Program-made: the position numbers and the translations under genes | Shown: positions 1 through 13,695 of the stretch, piece by piece | Numbering within the stretch: position 1 is the first letter of the stretch | Layout: every line of letters begins with the position of its first letter | Origin: an uncultured Actinomycetes bacterium | GTDB lineage: Bacteria; Actinomycetota; UBA4738; JBBDTT01 | Assembly: GCA_963742735.1 (NCBI GenBank) | Contig: CAVUMN010000004.1 | Location: 416,001 to 480,000 of the forward strand | Length of the DNA stretch: 64,000 bases | Reading direction: 5' to 3' | Notes under the pieces: generated by a model | Databases searched by the model: none | Seen by the model: only the letters and a program-made list of their open reading frames with translations | Told to the model about the DNA's origin: nothing

Positions 1-82
1 GGTGGTACAGGCCGAGCACGCCCAGAAGCATGGCTCGCAGCGGCCAGCCCGCGGCGCGGAGGATCGATCGCATCGTCCTCAT
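1..82 (-). CDS. yidD: Membrane protein insertion efficiency factor YidD, N-terminal part (runs off window)
   Basis: Manual translation MRTMRSILRAAGWPLRAMLLGVLGLYH. ATG overlaps the rnpA stop (ATGA), and rpmH-rnpA-yidD is the canonical order. Confidence 0.75.
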   Translation of the reverse strand, partial: MRTMRSILRAAGWPLRAMLLGVLGLYH

Positions 83-411
83 GCGGCCAGCACGCGGGCC
101 CGCGCGAGCAGGCTCTCGAGTTCCGACGTCACCGCGTGCGCCCTCGCCCCTTCGATCGTTGGCCGCGCCACGAGAACCAGATCGTGGCCGTCGTCGACCC
201 TCGGAGCGAGCGCCCGCCACGCCTCGCGCAGCAGGCGCCGGGCCCGGTTGCGCTGCACGGCCCCTCCGACCTTTCGGCCGGTGACGAAGCCGGCGCGCGG
301 GGCCCCCTCTGAGGTCGCCACGTACAGTATCACCAGGTCCCCGCGCAGGGATGTGCCCGCGCTGAGCACGCGCTGGAAGTCGTCACGGCGGCGGAGGACG
401 GGGGGCTTCAG
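79..411 (-). CDS. rnpA: Ribonuclease P protein component
   Basis: LRRRDDFQRV...GFVTGRKVGGAVQRNRARRLLRE (RNR motif). Start uncertain: CTG at 411 or TTG at 459, which lies inside rpmH. Confidence 0.92.
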   Translation of the reverse strand: MKPPVLRRRDDFQRVLSAGTSLRGDLVILYVATSEGAPRAGFVTGRKVGGAVQRNRARRLLREAWRALAPRVDDGHDLVLVARPTIEGARAHAVTSELESLLARARVLAA

Positions 412-415
412 GAGC

Positions 416-550
416 TCAGGCGGAGAGCCGTTCGCGCCCTTTGGCGCGCCGGCGAGCAAGGATGGCGCGGCCGGCCTTGGTGCGCATCCGGAGCCGGAAC
501 CCGTGCTTCTTCTTGCGCTTCCTGACGTTGGGCTGGTACGTGCGTTTCAC
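416..550 (-). CDS. rpmH: 50S ribosomal protein L34
   Basis: Manual translation (not in ORF track): [44 protein letters not shown]. Confidence 0.98.
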   Translation of the reverse strand: MKRTYQPNVRKRKKKHGFRLRMRTKAGRAILARRRAKGRERLSA

Positions 551-712
551 GAGCGAGGCCTCCTCAGGCGGTGGAGTATAGGGGCCCCGGCGGGCAACGG
601 CGCCGGCCGGGTCGTCTCGGGGCCGCCGCCGGCGAGAAAGAGCGTCAAAACCCCTCCGCGCCCTGTCATCGGCGAATACCCCGGTGCTATCATCCGCGCG
701 CTTCCCGGCGAG

Positions 713-777
713 TTATCCCCAGTTCGCCGCTTCCCCGCGACAGACCCACTCAGTATCCACACCTGTGGAAAGTGCTT

Positions 778-785
<8 letters not shown>
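713..785. promoter_or_regulatory. DnaA-box cluster upstream of dnaA
   Basis: TTATCCCCA 713-721, GTATCCACA 753-761, TGTGGAAAG 764-772 and a perfect TGTGGATAA at 777-785. Confidence 0.85.
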
Positions 786-2148
<1,363 letters not shown>

Positions 2149-2362
2149 TGGGGAAAACTCTGCGGCTTCGGTGGACGGATGGGCGCAAATCGCGGGGTTC
2201 GTTTACACGCGGTTCACGAACCGGTTTCCTTCCCGTCACTTCCCACAGCACGATTCGTGTCATTCCCCGCCGATACGCTGGGCGAATGAGGCTTATCCAC
2301 CTTTCCCCAGCCCCTACTGCATCTACTGGTTCGTATATCCATGAAGGGTTGGAGGTGTCGTT
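2149..2362. other. oriC (dnaA-dnaN intergenic)
   Basis: Degenerate DnaA boxes (TGGGGAAAA 2149-2157, TTATCCACC 2293-2301, CTTTCCCCA 2301-2309), then a C-run and TACTGCATCTACT trio-like tract with an AT-richer stretch. Typical actinobacterial location. Confidence 0.85.
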
Positions 2363-3469
2363 GTGAAATTCCGCTGCGATCGTGACGTTCTGGCCGACGC
2401 CCTGCAGACCGTTCAGCGAGGCGTCTCCGCACGCCCCGGCATCCCCGCCCTGACCGGGGTGCTCATGACCGTCGCCGACGGATCCCTCACGCTGTCGACC
2501 ACCGACCTCGAGGTCTCGACCGAGCTGACGGTCGAGGTCCAGGCGATGGAGGACGGCGTCGCCCTGGTGCCGGCCCGCCTGGCCTCGGACATCGTCCGCA
2601 AGCTGGATGCCGCCCCGGTCGAGTTCACGGTCACCGAGCAGCAGGCCACGATCTCCTGCGCCGCCTACGAGGGCCAGATCCGATGCCTGCCGGCCGAGGA
2701 CTTCCCGGCGCGCCGCGAGCCCTCCGGGATCAAGGTCACCGTCACCGCGGCCGAGTTCGCCGAGGCCGTCAAGCAGGTGGCCCGCGCCGCGTCGAAGGAC
2801 GAGGCGCGCCCGATCCTCACCGGCGTGCTGGCCGAGGCCAACCGCGAGGGGATCACGCTCGTCGCCACCGACTCGTACCGGCTGGCCGTCCGCGAGCTCA
2901 CCGCGAAGGGGGAGGGCGAGACGAAGGTGCTCATCCCCGAGCGGGCCATCACCGAGGCCGGCCGGGCTGCGGAGGCCATGGACAAGGGCGAGGTGGAGCT
3001 CCTGCTCGAGGACAGCCAGGCCACGTTCCGGGCCGGGCCCCTCACGCTCACATCGCGGCTCATCGAGGGCGAGTTCCCCTCGTACCGCCAGCTGATCCCC
3101 GAGGGCTACGAGAGCACCCTGAGCGTCAACCGCGTGCAGCTCATGGACGCGGTATCCCGGGTGGGCCTGCTGGCCCGGGAGAACTCGCCCATCCGGATGG
3201 AGTTCAACGCCCTGGGCGTCCGGCTGTCGTCGTCCTCGCCGGACCTCGGCGAGGCGGTCGAGACCGTGCAGGCCGACTACACCGGCGAGGAGGTCACCGT
3301 CGCGTTCAACCCGGGCTACCTGATCGACGGACTGAGCGCGTCCTCCGGCGAGAAGGCCAAGGTCGAGGTGCGCGACGGCCTCAAGCCGGCCCTGGTCAGG
3401 GGGGACACCGAGGGGTTCCTGTACCTGGTCATGCCGGTCCGCCTTCCGGAGCCGGTCCGGACCGCCTGA
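2363..3469 (+). CDS. dnaN: DNA polymerase III beta clamp
   Basis: LVATDSYRLA, SRLIEGEFPSY, AFNPGYLIDGL, YLVMPVR. Confidence 0.98.
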   Translation: MKFRCDRDVLADALQTVQRGVSARPGIPALTGVLMTVADGSLTLSTTDLEVSTELTVEVQAMEDGVALVPARLASDIVRKLDAAPVEFTVTEQQATISCAAYEGQIRCLPAEDFPARREPSGIKVTVTAAEFAEAVKQVARAASKDEARPILTGVLAEANREGITLVATDSYRLAVRELTAKGEGETKVLIPERAITEAGRAAEAMDKGEVELLLEDSQATFRAGPLTLTSRLIEGEFPSYRQLIPEGYESTLSVNRVQLMDAVSRVGLLARENSPIRMEFNALGVRLSSSSPDLGEAVETVQADYTGEEVTVAFNPGYLIDGLSASSGEKAKVEVRDGLKPALVRGDTEGFLYLVMPVRLPEPVRTA

Positions 3470-3486
3470 GGGCGTTCCGGGGTCGC

Positions 3487-4569
3487 GTGCGCCTGGCCTG
3501 GGCGGAGCTCCGCGACTTCCGCAACCACCTCGAGACGCGCGTCGAGCCCCCGGACGGCCTGGTGGTGGCGGCGGGGGAGAACGGCCAGGGAAAGACCAAC
3601 CTGCTCGAGGGCCTGTACTACCTGTTCGCGCTGGAGTCGCCGCGAGCCTCGGCCGACGAGCCCCTGGTCCGCCGCGGCGCCGAGTCGGCGTTCGTCCGGG
3701 GTGAGGTGGTGACCGAGACGGGCCGGCTGCTGATCGAGGTGGAGGTCCGGCCTTCCGGCGCGAACCGCATGCAGCTGAACCGGTCCCCGGTCCGGCGCAA
3801 GCGCGACGTCCGGCGGGTGGCCCGGGCGGTGTTCTTCGGGCCCGACGACATCGCGATCGTCCAGGGCGACCCGGGGGAGCGCCGGCGGTTCATGGACGCC
3901 GCCGTGGTGGCCCTGTGGCCGCCGCGGGAGGCCGCCAGGACGGCCTACGAGAAGGCCCTGCGCCAGCGGAACCGACTGCTGAAGGAGTGGGACCGTCCGG
4001 GCGCCCCCGACTCGCTGGAGGCCTGGGACGACGAGCTGGTGCGGACCGGGGTGGCCCTCCTCCGCGACCGCGGGGAGGCCGTCGGCCGCCTGCAGGACGA
4101 GACCGCCGACACCTACGCCGAGCTGTCCGAAGGCCATGCCCTGGAGGTCCGCTACGAGCCGTCCGTGGAGCCGGGCCCCGACGCCGAGGACCGGTTCCGG
4201 ACCCGGCTGGCGGAGCGACGAGCCGACGAGCTCGCCCGGCGGACCACGCTGGTCGGGCCGCACCGCGACGACCTGGCGCTGTCGGTCCGCGACCTGCGGG
4301 CCCGCGCGTTCGCCTCCCACGGCGAGGCCTGGGCGGGGGCGCTGTGTCTCCGGCTGGCCCTGGGACGGGCCGTCGCCCGCGAGATCGGAGAGCCCCCGGT
4401 GCTGTTTCTGGACGACCCGTTCTCGGGGCTGGACCCGGGCCGCCGCCGGCGGCTGTCAGCCTCGCTGGTGGGCCGGGGCCAGGCCGTGCTGTCGGTACCC
4501 GACCGGGCCCAGGCGCCGGAGGGTGCCGAGGTGTGGACGGTGGAGGGTGGCCGTGTCCAGGCGGCCTGA
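3487..4569 (+). CDS. recF: DNA replication/repair protein RecF
   Basis: LRDFRNH, GENGQGKTNLLE, GDPGERRRFMD, GPHRDDL, PVLFLDD. GTG start at 3487 lies inside the longer ORF. Confidence 0.96.
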   Translation: MRLAWAELRDFRNHLETRVEPPDGLVVAAGENGQGKTNLLEGLYYLFALESPRASADEPLVRRGAESAFVRGEVVTETGRLLIEVEVRPSGANRMQLNRSPVRRKRDVRRVARAVFFGPDDIAIVQGDPGERRRFMDAAVVALWPPREAARTAYEKALRQRNRLLKEWDRPGAPDSLEAWDDELVRTGVALLRDRGEAVGRLQDETADTYAELSEGHALEVRYEPSVEPGPDAEDRFRTRLAERRADELARRTTLVGPHRDDLALSVRDLRARAFASHGEAWAGALCLRLALGRAVAREIGEPPVLFLDDPFSGLDPGRRRRLSASLVGRGQAVLSVPDRAQAPEGAEVWTVEGGRVQAA

Positions 4570-4915
4570 CCGGCGTCCTCGGAGCGAGGACGTCCACGGG
4601 ATCGGGGAGATCCTCGACGGCCTGCTCGGGGAGAAGGCCATCGCCCGCGGCCTGCCGATCGGACGCCTGGCGGCCGGATGGCCCCAGGTGGTGGGCGAGA
4701 AGCTGGCCGAGGAGACCGCGCCGACGCGCCTGGAACGTGGCGTCCTGGACCTCATCGTGACCACCTCGGCGTGGGGCGCGCAGGTCCGGTTCCTGGCCTC
4801 CGACATCGCCCGGAAGGCCAACGAGCTGCTCGGATCCGAGGCCGTTCGGGAGGTTCGGGTCCGGACCGCCCCCGACCCGGCCCGAAAACCGCAAAATCGC
4901 ACGTCAGAGGCCTGA
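4553..4915 (+). CDS. DUF721/DciA family protein
   Basis: WPQVVGEKLAEETAP...GVLDLIVTTSAWGAQVRFL, in the usual recF-gyrB position. Confidence 0.88.
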   Translation: MSRRPDRRPRSEDVHGIGEILDGLLGEKAIARGLPIGRLAAGWPQVVGEKLAEETAPTRLERGVLDLIVTTSAWGAQVRFLASDIARKANELLGSEAVREVRVRTAPDPARKPQNRTSEA

Positions 4916-4942
4916 TTTCGCCCCGGTCGTGTCGGTCCCCGG

Positions 4943-4951
4943 TGGTATACT
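4943..4951 (+). promoter_or_regulatory. Putative extended -10 promoter of gyrB
   Basis: TGG-TATACT about 85 nt upstream of the gyrB start. Confidence 0.45.
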
Positions 4952-4963
4952 TCGTGGTGCTGA

Positions 4964-6966
<2,003 letters not shown>

Positions 6967-6967
<1 letters not shown>

Positions 6968-7236
6968 TGGGATCGTCCGAGGGCGTGGCGAAGGCCGGAC
7001 GAACACCTCTGCAGGCAGTTCACGATGACGACCTCGACGGGCTCCTCCGCGATCTTGGACTCTTGGCGCGCTTCGAGCGCGGCGAGCTCACGTGCAAGTT
7101 CAGCGGCGATCCTGTTGGCCGGCACAACCTCCACTCGTTCTTCCCGGAGTCCGGAGACGTGAAGTTCGTGTGCGACAAGCCGGAGTGCATCGCGGCGGTG
7201 CGGCTCCTCCTCCAGGAGGGGAAGGTGTCGCTGTGA
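6967..7236 (+). CDS. Small hypothetical Cys-containing protein (89 aa)
   Basis: MGSSEG...LQAVHDDDLDGLLRDLGLLARFERGELTCKFSGDPVGRHNLHSFFPESGDVKFVCDKPECI. TGATG overlap with gyrB and GTGA overlap with the next gene. Confidence 0.8.
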
Positions 7237-8363
7237 ACGCCCTCTTGATCGCGTTGGCGAGCTTCTTTGGGGGCTGGGTGCTGCTTTTCGTCCTGATGTT
7301 CCTCTTCCCCGAAAAGGCGCAGCAGTGGGGAGCCATCCTGGCCCGCATCGCCGAGAAGCTTCTCCGGCGGGGTGGGAAGGCGGCGGTGGCCTGGGACATC
7401 CAGGGCCGTGTCAACGCCTTCGGCAAGCGTCTGGCGAAGGAAGCCCCCGAGGTGGCGGAGCTTGGCGTGAAGGTCGAATGGATCGAGGGCGTTGACGATT
7501 CCAAGACGTTCATGCGCAGCAAGCGGCTCGTAGTGCGCATGCGTCGCGCTGACGACCAGGAGAAGAACTTCGTCCATGCGTGCATGGCAGTCCTCACTCA
7601 AGGATTCCTGCCCAAGGCCAAGCGCTACATCTCGCCCTCGCAGCGGGACGCCTTGGACCTCTTCGCAGCGAGGAAGCTCTTCGAGGCCGAGCGCCCGCGG
7701 GTCATCGACTCGTTCTTCGAGGAGTTCTACCAGCGGCGTGCGCTTGAGAACGAAACGGTGATGGAGCTACTCGACCAGTTCTCCATCGTCGACAAGGTCG
7801 GCCTTTTCTTCCCTGTTCTTGCACAGGAGCTGTGCTTCTTGGGGCAAAAGGTGTTCTACGGCCGCAAGAACGAGCAGATCGTGGCGGAGGTCGGCCAGTT
7901 TATCGACTTCCTCGAGCGATACGCCGATCGCAAGGTGGGGGACATGGAGGTCCCCCTCGAGTTCGAGGGACGCTACTGCCGTACGGGGATCACGATCATC
8001 GCCCTGAGGTTCAAGCGCGAGCTCGGGAACATCACCCCGTATGTGCGGCGCCTCGGACAGCTTCTCCAGCGTGGGCTCGAGCACCTCTATTTCGTCGGAT
8101 CCGGTGAGCCGGAGAATCGTCGCTTCATGGAGGCGATCGCGCGCGCGGCCGAGGAGGAGCACGGCCTGGAGATTCACTCCGTGAAGGAGTTTCGGGCGAA
8201 GATCCGTTTTGGTGACCAGCGCCGGGAGGTCTCCAACTACATGATCCTCATGCGCAGCAGCAGGATCGAGCGGCATTTCGACAAGGAGTACGAGCTCGGG
8301 GCATCCGCCGTACGGGTTGGTGCAGAGGCTGCGACAGCCCAGGCGACCCGAGAAGAAGAGTAG
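7233..8363 (+). CDS. Hypothetical protein with N-terminal transmembrane helix (376 aa)
   Basis: GTG start, LLIALASFFGGWVLLFVLMFLFP hydrophobic segment, then a globular remainder. Stop abuts the gyrA ATG. Confidence 0.88.
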   Translation: MNALLIALASFFGGWVLLFVLMFLFPEKAQQWGAILARIAEKLLRRGGKAAVAWDIQGRVNAFGKRLAKEAPEVAELGVKVEWIEGVDDSKTFMRSKRLVVRMRRADDQEKNFVHACMAVLTQGFLPKAKRYISPSQRDALDLFAARKLFEAERPRVIDSFFEEFYQRRALENETVMELLDQFSIVDKVGLFFPVLAQELCFLGQKVFYGRKNEQIVAEVGQFIDFLERYADRKVGDMEVPLEFEGRYCRTGITIIALRFKRELGNITPYVRRLGQLLQRGLEHLYFVGSGEPENRRFMEAIARAAEEEHGLEIHSVKEFRAKIRFGDQRREVSNYMILMRSSRIERHFDKEYELGASAVRVGAEAATAQATREEE

Positions 8364-10805
8364 ATGGCGACCCTGTTCGACCGCGTCGAATCCGTCCTCA
8401 TCGAGGACGAGATCCAGTCGTCGTTCATCGACTACGCGATGTCGGTCATCGTCTCGCGGGCGCTCCCGGACGTACGGGACGGCCTGAAGCCGGTCCACCG
8501 CCGGATCCTCTTCTCGATGATGGAGGGGAACCTCACCCCCGACCGTCCGCGACGCAAGTCCGCCGCCGCGGTGGGCGACGTCATCAAGAAGTACCACCCC
8601 CACGGCGACCAGCCGGTCTACGACGCCATGGTCCGCATGGCCCAGGACTTCTCGCTGCGGTACCCGCTCATCGACCCCCAGGGCAACTGGGGCAACATCG
8701 ATGGCGATCCGGCGGCCGCGCAGCGGTACACGGAGTGCCGGCTGTCTCCGCTCGCCATGGAGCTCCTGCGCGACATCGACAAGGAGACCGTCGACTTCAT
8801 CCCCAACTACGACGGGTACGAGGAGGAGCCGGTCGTCCTGCCGGCTCGGTTCCCGAACCTGCTCGCCAACGGCTCGTCGGGCATCGCGGTCGGCCTGGCC
8901 ACGAACATCCCGCCCCACAACCTTGGGGAGATCATCGACGCCACGGTCGCGGCGATCGACAACCCGAAGATCACGGTCCGCGAGCTCATGAAGTTCGTGA
9001 AGGGCCCGGACTTCCCGACCGCGGGCTACATCATCGGCACCGAGGGGATTCGCGACGCGTACGAGACGGGGCGGGGCTCGATCCGGATGCGGGCCAAGAT
9101 CGAGATCGACGAGAACCGCCAGGGCCGCCAGCAGATCGTCGTCCGCGAGCTGCCCTACATGGTCAACAAGTCCCGTCTCACCGAGAAGATCAAGCTCCTC
9201 TACGACACCGGCAAGATCAAGGACATCGCGTCGCTGGACGACCACTCCAGCCGTTCGGAGATGCGCCTGACGATCGGGCTGAAGCGGGGGGCGAACCCGC
9301 ACGTCGTCCTGAACCAGCTCTACAAGCACACCCAGCTGCAGGACTCGTTCGGCGTGAACATGGTCGCGCTGGTCGACGGCGTCCCGCGGACGCTGAACCT
9401 GGGGCAGGCGATCCTGCATTACATCGACCACCAGATCGAGGTGGTCACCCGCCGCACGAAGTTCGAGCTCCGCAAGGCCGAGGAGCGCGCCCACATCCTC
9501 GAGGGCCTGCTGATCGCCCTCGCCAACATCGACGAGGTCATCAAGATCATCCGCGGGTCCGACGACGCCGACGAGGCGCGCGGCAAGCTGATGAGCCGCT
9601 TCAAGCTTTCCGAGATCCAGGCGAACTACATCCTGGACATGCCGCTGCGCCGCCTGACCAAGCTCGAGCGCTCGAAGATCGAGGAGGAGCACCGGGAGCT
9701 GATGGCGCTGATCAAGCGCCTGAAGTCCCTCCTGAAGGACCCGAAGAAGATCCGGGCCCTGATCAAGGACGAGCTGCTCGACATCCGCGCCCGGTTCGCC
9801 GACGAGCGCCGGACGGAGATCTTGCCCGACGAGGGCGACCTGGACATCGAAGACCTGATCCAGGAGGAGGACGTCGTCATCACGGTGACCCGCGCCGGGT
9901 ACGTGAAGCGGCTCCCCGTCGAGACCTACCGCCGCCAGGGCCGGGGCGGGCGCGGCGTGATCGGGGCGAACCTCAAGGAAGAGGACGTGATCAAGCACGT
10001 CTTCACCACCACCACCCATCACTGGCTGCTGGTGTTCACCAACCGCGGCCGCGTGTACCGCACCAAGGTCCACAACATCCCCGAGGGCTCGCGCACCGGG
10101 CGGGGGCTCTACGTGGCCAACCTGCCGGGCATGGGGTTCTCGGGCGAGGAGCGCATCGCCTCGATCGTCGACCTCAAGGACTACGGCCAGGCCAAGTTCG
10201 CGGTCTTCGCCACCAAGAAGGGCATCGTCAAGAAGACGGTCCTGTCCGAGTACGACTCGCCGCGGACCGGCCTCGCCGCGATCAACCTGCGTGCCGAGGA
10301 CGAGCTGATCGACGTGCGGCTGACCGACGGCAAGGAGGACGTGTTCCTCGTCTCCAGACACGGGCAGGCCATCCGCTTCAAGAGCGTCCAGGCCCGTCCG
10401 ATGGGCCGCGCCACCAGCGGCGTGATCGGCATGCGCCTCGTGGACGACGACGAGGTCATTGCGCTGGCGCTGGAGGGCGAGGGCGAGGAGGTCATCTCGA
10501 TCACCCAGCTCGGCTACGGCAAGCGCACGCCGCTCAAGGACTACCCGGTGAAGGGCCGCGGAACCCGTGGCGTGATCACCGCGAAGCTCACGGACAAGAC
10601 CGGGCTGCTCGCCGGCGCCTTCGTCGGCAACAAGGACCAGGACGTGTTCGTCATCAACGCGACCGGCATCGTCATCCGCATCCTGGCCGGCCAGCTCAGG
10701 CGCACCGGGCGGCCCAGCCAGGGCGTTCGCGTGATGCGGTTGGACGGCGAGGACAAGATCGTGGCCGTCGCCCCCGTTCTCAACGTGGCCGAGGAGGCCG
10801 AGTAG
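8364..10805 (+). CDS. gyrA: DNA gyrase subunit A
   Basis: [31 protein letters not shown] (catalytic Tyr), GyrA box QGRGGRG, C-terminal pinwheel repeats. Confidence 0.99.
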   Translation: MATLFDRVESVLIEDEIQSSFIDYAMSVIVSRALPDVRDGLKPVHRRILFSMMEGNLTPDRPRRKSAAAVGDVIKKYHPHGDQPVYDAMVRMAQDFSLRYPLIDPQGNWGNIDGDPAAAQRYTECRLSPLAMELLRDIDKETVDFIPNYDGYEEEPVVLPARFPNLLANGSSGIAVGLATNIPPHNLGEIIDATVAAIDNPKITVRELMKFVKGPDFPTAGYIIGTEGIRDAYETGRGSIRMRAKIEIDENRQGRQQIVVRELPYMVNKSRLTEKIKLLYDTGKIKDIASLDDHSSRSEMRLTIGLKRGANPHVVLNQLYKHTQLQDSFGVNMVALVDGVPRTLNLGQAILHYIDHQIEVVTRRTKFELRKAEERAHILEGLLIALANIDEVIKIIRGSDDADEARGKLMSRFKLSEIQANYILDMPLRRLTKLERSKIEEEHRELMALIKRLKSLLKDPKKIRALIKDELLDIRARFADERRTEILPDEGDLDIEDLIQEEDVVITVTRAGYVKRLPVETYRRQGRGGRGVIGANLKEEDVIKHVFTTTTHHWLLVFTNRGRVYRTKVHNIPEGSRTGRGLYVANLPGMGFSGEERIASIVDLKDYGQAKFAVFATKKGIVKKTVLSEYDSPRTGLAAINLRAEDELIDVRLTDGKEDVFLVSRHGQAIRFKSVQARPMGRATSGVIGMRLVDDDEVIALALEGEGEEVISITQLGYGKRTPLKDYPVKGRGTRGVITAKLTDKTGLLAGAFVGNKDQDVFVINATGIVIRILAGQLRRTGRPSQGVRVMRLDGEDKIVAVAPVLNVAEEAE

Positions 10806-10811
10806 CGGGGC

Positions 10812-11120
10812 ATGCACATGGTGGCCAGCCAGTTCGGCGCCCCGAGCATCCCCGGGCGGGGCGTGGGCATCCTGATCGCGGTCTCCTGCGTCGTGGCCGG
10901 GCTGCTTCTGGCGTTCCTCGGGAGGACGCGACTTCCCGGCTCCGTCGTCGTCCCGCTCCTCGCGGCGTGCGGCGTCGGTTTCGCCGTCGCCGGCATCCTG
11001 TTCGAACCGTTCGAGTGGCAGGTCAACCGCGGTGAGATCATCGCGGCCGTCGTGCTCCTGGCGGCCTTCGCGCCGCTGCACGTTCGTGTCGCGCTTGGGC
11101 CGTTCGGCCGGAGGGCATAA
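10812..11120 (+). CDS. Small membrane protein (about 3 TM)
   Basis: Three hydrophobic segments, co-oriented just after gyrA. Confidence 0.65.
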   Translation: MHMVASQFGAPSIPGRGVGILIAVSCVVAGLLLAFLGRTRLPGSVVVPLLAACGVGFAVAGILFEPFEWQVNRGEIIAAVVLLAAFAPLHVRVALGPFGRRA

Positions 11121-11192
11121 GCAGGCGGAGCACGCCGCGACGGAGAATGCTTGCCCCCGGGCCTACCGCGGTTTACAACGAGGGACCTGACA

Positions 11193-11600
11193 ATGGCACG
11201 AACCATGGAGTACGACCCCGCAACCCGAGGCACCTCTCGCGCGGCCGCACGCGGCCGGGTGCGCGTCGTGGTCCGACGGGTCGAGCCCTGGTCGGTGCTC
11301 AAGTTCTCACTGCTCTTCTACTTCTGCATCATGCTGATCTTCCTTTTCGGCACCGTGATCCTGTACTGGGTTCTGGGGGCGATCGGCGTGCTCGACTCGC
11401 TGGCCTCGTTCATCGGCGGCCTGTACGGCGACGACGCCTTCAAGTTCAACGGCGGCTGGATCTTCACGTGGCTGTTCGTGCTGGGGCTCCTCGGGGTGGT
11501 CGCATGGTCGCTCATCAACGTGTGCGTCGCGTTCCTGTACAACCTGGTCTCCGACATCGTCGGGGGCGTGCAGATCACCCTGGACGACCGCAACCGCTAG
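11193..11600 (+). CDS. DUF3566 domain membrane protein
   Basis: VRRVEPWSVLKFSL...AFLYNLVSDIVGGVQITL, the typical gene after gyrA in Actinomycetota. Confidence 0.92.
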   Translation: MARTMEYDPATRGTSRAAARGRVRVVVRRVEPWSVLKFSLLFYFCIMLIFLFGTVILYWVLGAIGVLDSLASFIGGLYGDDAFKFNGGWIFTWLFVLGLLGVVAWSLINVCVAFLYNLVSDIVGGVQITLDDRNR

Positions 11601-11649
11601 CCCGCCGGACTCTTGTCGGCGACGGGTTCGACCGAGTAGCGTGCCCTCT

Positions 11650-13332
11650 GTGCGCCGCATCCTCCTGCTGACCCTGCTCGTGGCGAGCGTCCTCGCGATC
11701 CCCTCCGGCGCTCCGGTGGGCGCCGTGGCGACCGTCGAGCCCTTCGGGTTGGGGACCGCGACCGCCGAGGTCGGCGGCGACGGCTCGTGCCCCACGGGGC
11801 ACACCTGCCAGCGGGTGAGGATCGCCTGTCCCGAGGTGGTCGATCGCACGGCGTACGTCGCGTCGGCGACCCCGGCCCCGGCAAGCCCCCGAGGCATGGC
11901 GGTGTTCTTCGCGGGCGGCGACGCCACGTTCTACTGGGCCGGCAACGCCGAGCGGCTCGGGACGCTGAGCCAGATCCGGTCGGAGTACAACGTCCAGACC
12001 GTCCAGGTGCGATGGGAGGGCGGGTGGATGAAGTCCGGGGACGGGATGCCGGCGGGCGCCGCCCGGGCCGGGTGCCGGCCCGCGACGATCGCGAAATGGA
12101 TCCGCGACAACCTCTATCAGCCCCCGGCCGTCCACCCGGGCGTGGGGAGATGCGGGTTCTGCCTGGTGGGCAGCAGCGGGAGCTCCTCGGCGGTGACCTA
12201 CCCCCTCACCCACTACGCGGCGGACGCCTGGCTCGACGGCGTCATCGTCACCGGGGGGCCGGCGCATGCGGCGATCGCCCGCGGATGCCTGACGCGCCGC
12301 GGCGACGAGGGCTACACGTGGGACGCGAACACCGCGGCGTCCATGGACAGCTCGTACGGTTTCGTCGCCGGCGTCAAGGGCCCGTGCGAGCTCCGCGACC
12401 CCACGTGGGAGGACGAGTGGATCCGGGACGCTCTGGATACGAACGGCTCGGACTACCAGTTCGCGACGACGCGGTACCACATCATCATCGGGGACTCGGA
12501 CACGCTGCAGCACTACCACTCCTCGGACTTCGTGGCCCGGGTGGAGGCGGCGGGAACCCCCTTCCTCGGCGTGGACGTCGTGGCCGGGATGAGCCACCTG
12601 CTGACCTCCATCGGGCTCTCTCACGTGAAGTCCGCGGTCGGCGCCGATGGAGATGACCCGATCGTCGCCTGCGCCAACGGCTTCGACGACGACCAGGACG
12701 GGGCCGTCGATACGTCCGACGGGGGGTGCGCCTCGAGCGCCGACGCCAGCGAGCACGGGGCCGCCGCATGCGACGACGGGCTCGACAACGACGGCGACGG
12801 ACGGCGCGACCGGTGGAAGGACCCAGGCTGCGCCTCGGCCGCGGACGGGAACGAGCATGGGTCGCTCGCCTGCGACGACGGGGCCGACAACGACGGCGAC
12901 GGCAAGACCGACTTCCCGGCCGATCTGACCTGCACGAGCCCGTCGGGGACGACCGAGGGCACGACCGGGGGCGGCGTGGTCGTCTCCATGTCGGCCTCCG
13001 CGATCTCCGTCACGGAGCCCGACCCGGGTGGTACGGCCGTCAAGTGCAAGTTCAAGGTCAAGCTCTCGGCCAGCCCCTCGACCGCGATCACGGTCTCGTT
13101 CGCCACCCAGAACGGGACCGCGCTGGCCGGCTCGGACTACACCGCGAAGACGGCCACCGTCTCGTGGGCGGCCGGGACCGCGACGCTCGTGAAGCAGGTG
13201 GCGGTCGTCGTGAAGCCCGACGCGACGACGGAGCCGAATGAGACGTTCTCCGGGGTGCTGTCGAACCCGGCGGCCAACGCGACGCTGGGCACGCCCTCCT
13301 CGACGGTGTGCACCGTCAAGAACGACGACTAG
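11650..13332 (+). CDS. Secreted multidomain protein: alpha/beta-hydrolase-like domain, Cys/Asp repeats, Calx-beta-like domain
   Basis: Signal peptide. CLVGSSGSSSAVTY resembles a nucleophile elbow. Three CxDGxDNDxDG repeats. TVSFATQNGTALAGSDY...EPNETF is Calx-beta-like. Confidence 0.8.
   Translation: MRRILLLTLLVASVLAIPSGAPVGAVATVEPFGLGTATAEVGGDGSCPTGHTCQRVRIACPEVVDRTAYVASATPAPASPRGMAVFFAGGDATFYWAGNAERLGTLSQIRSEYNVQTVQVRWEGGWMKSGDGMPAGAARAGCRPATIAKWIRDNLYQPPAVHPGVGRCGFCLVGSSGSSSAVTYPLTHYAADAWLDGVIVTGGPAHAAIARGCLTRRGDEGYTWDANTAASMDSSYGFVAGVKGPCELRDPTWEDEWIRDALDTNGSDYQFATTRYHIIIGDSDTLQHYHSSDFVARVEAAGTPFLGVDVVAGMSHLLTSIGLSHVKSAVGADGDDPIVACANGFDDDQDGAVDTSDGGCASSADASEHGAAACDDGLDNDGDGRRDRWKDPGCASAADGNEHGSLACDDGADNDGDGKTDFPADLTCTSPSGTTEGTTGGGVVVSMSASAISVTEPDPGGTAVKCKFKVKLSASPSTAITVSFATQNGTALAGSDYTAKTATVSWAAGTATLVKQVAVVVKPDATTEPNETFSGVLSNPAANATLGTPSSTVCTVKNDD
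12670..12960 (+). repeat. Three tandem ~33-aa Cys/Asp-rich (putative Ca-binding) repeats
   Basis: CANGFDDDQDGAVD..C; CDDGLDNDGDGRRD..C; CDDGADNDGDGKTD..C. Confidence 0.85.
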
Positions 13333-13357
13333 CAGCACCGGCTGCTCCCGTGTTTCG

Positions 13358-13387
13358 TTGACACGTTTTCCGGAGCGCGAGTACGCT
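13358..13387 (+). promoter_or_regulatory. sigmaA-type promoter for tRNA-Ile
   Basis: TTGACA-N18-TACGCT. Confidence 0.6.
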
Positions 13388-13427
13388 TGGCCGGAGCCGG
13401 GGCCCGCATCACTGTGTGGGCATTCGC

Positions 13428-13501
<74 letters not shown>

Positions 13502-13521
13502 CTCGGGAAAAAGGAGGCAGC

Positions 13522-13674
13522 ATGGGTGAGGAGAAGAAGGGAAAGAAGCGGTTCTTCCTCTTCGCCATGCTCATCGCGGCCGGCGCCGCGCTGGTGACGG
13601 TCTTCAAGCGTCGCCGCGGTGCAGGCATCGAGGAGAGCGAGTGGCAGGAGCTCCCGCCCCCCGAGGGCGGCTAA
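13522..13674 (+). CDS. Small single-TM protein, DLW-39-like
   Basis: AAGGAGG RBS. MGEEKKGKKRFFLFAMLIAAGAALVTVFKRRRGAGIEESEWQELPPPEGG. Position after tRNA-Ile matches actinobacterial DLW-39 proteins. Confidence 0.8.
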   Translation: MGEEKKGKKRFFLFAMLIAAGAALVTVFKRRRGAGIEESEWQELPPPEGG

Positions 13675-13695
13675 CGGCTCCGGCAAGGAACTCGC

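Noticed and set aside
571-777. N-terminal extension of DnaA from the ORF track
   Set aside because: The translation is low-complexity and runs across the promoter and DnaA boxes. DnaA-like sequence begins near 778.
7767-11081. 1104-aa antisense ORF over gyrA, and similar long shadows (4904-7006, 35316-37688, 38184-41480)
   Set aside because: Antisense or off-frame shadows of high-GC3 genes. They have no motifs and overlap well-supported CDSs.
12617-12632. TCTCACGTGAAG resembling parS
   Set aside because: Only the CACGTGAA core matches. The flanks deviate from GTTTCACGTGAAAC and the site lies inside a CDS.
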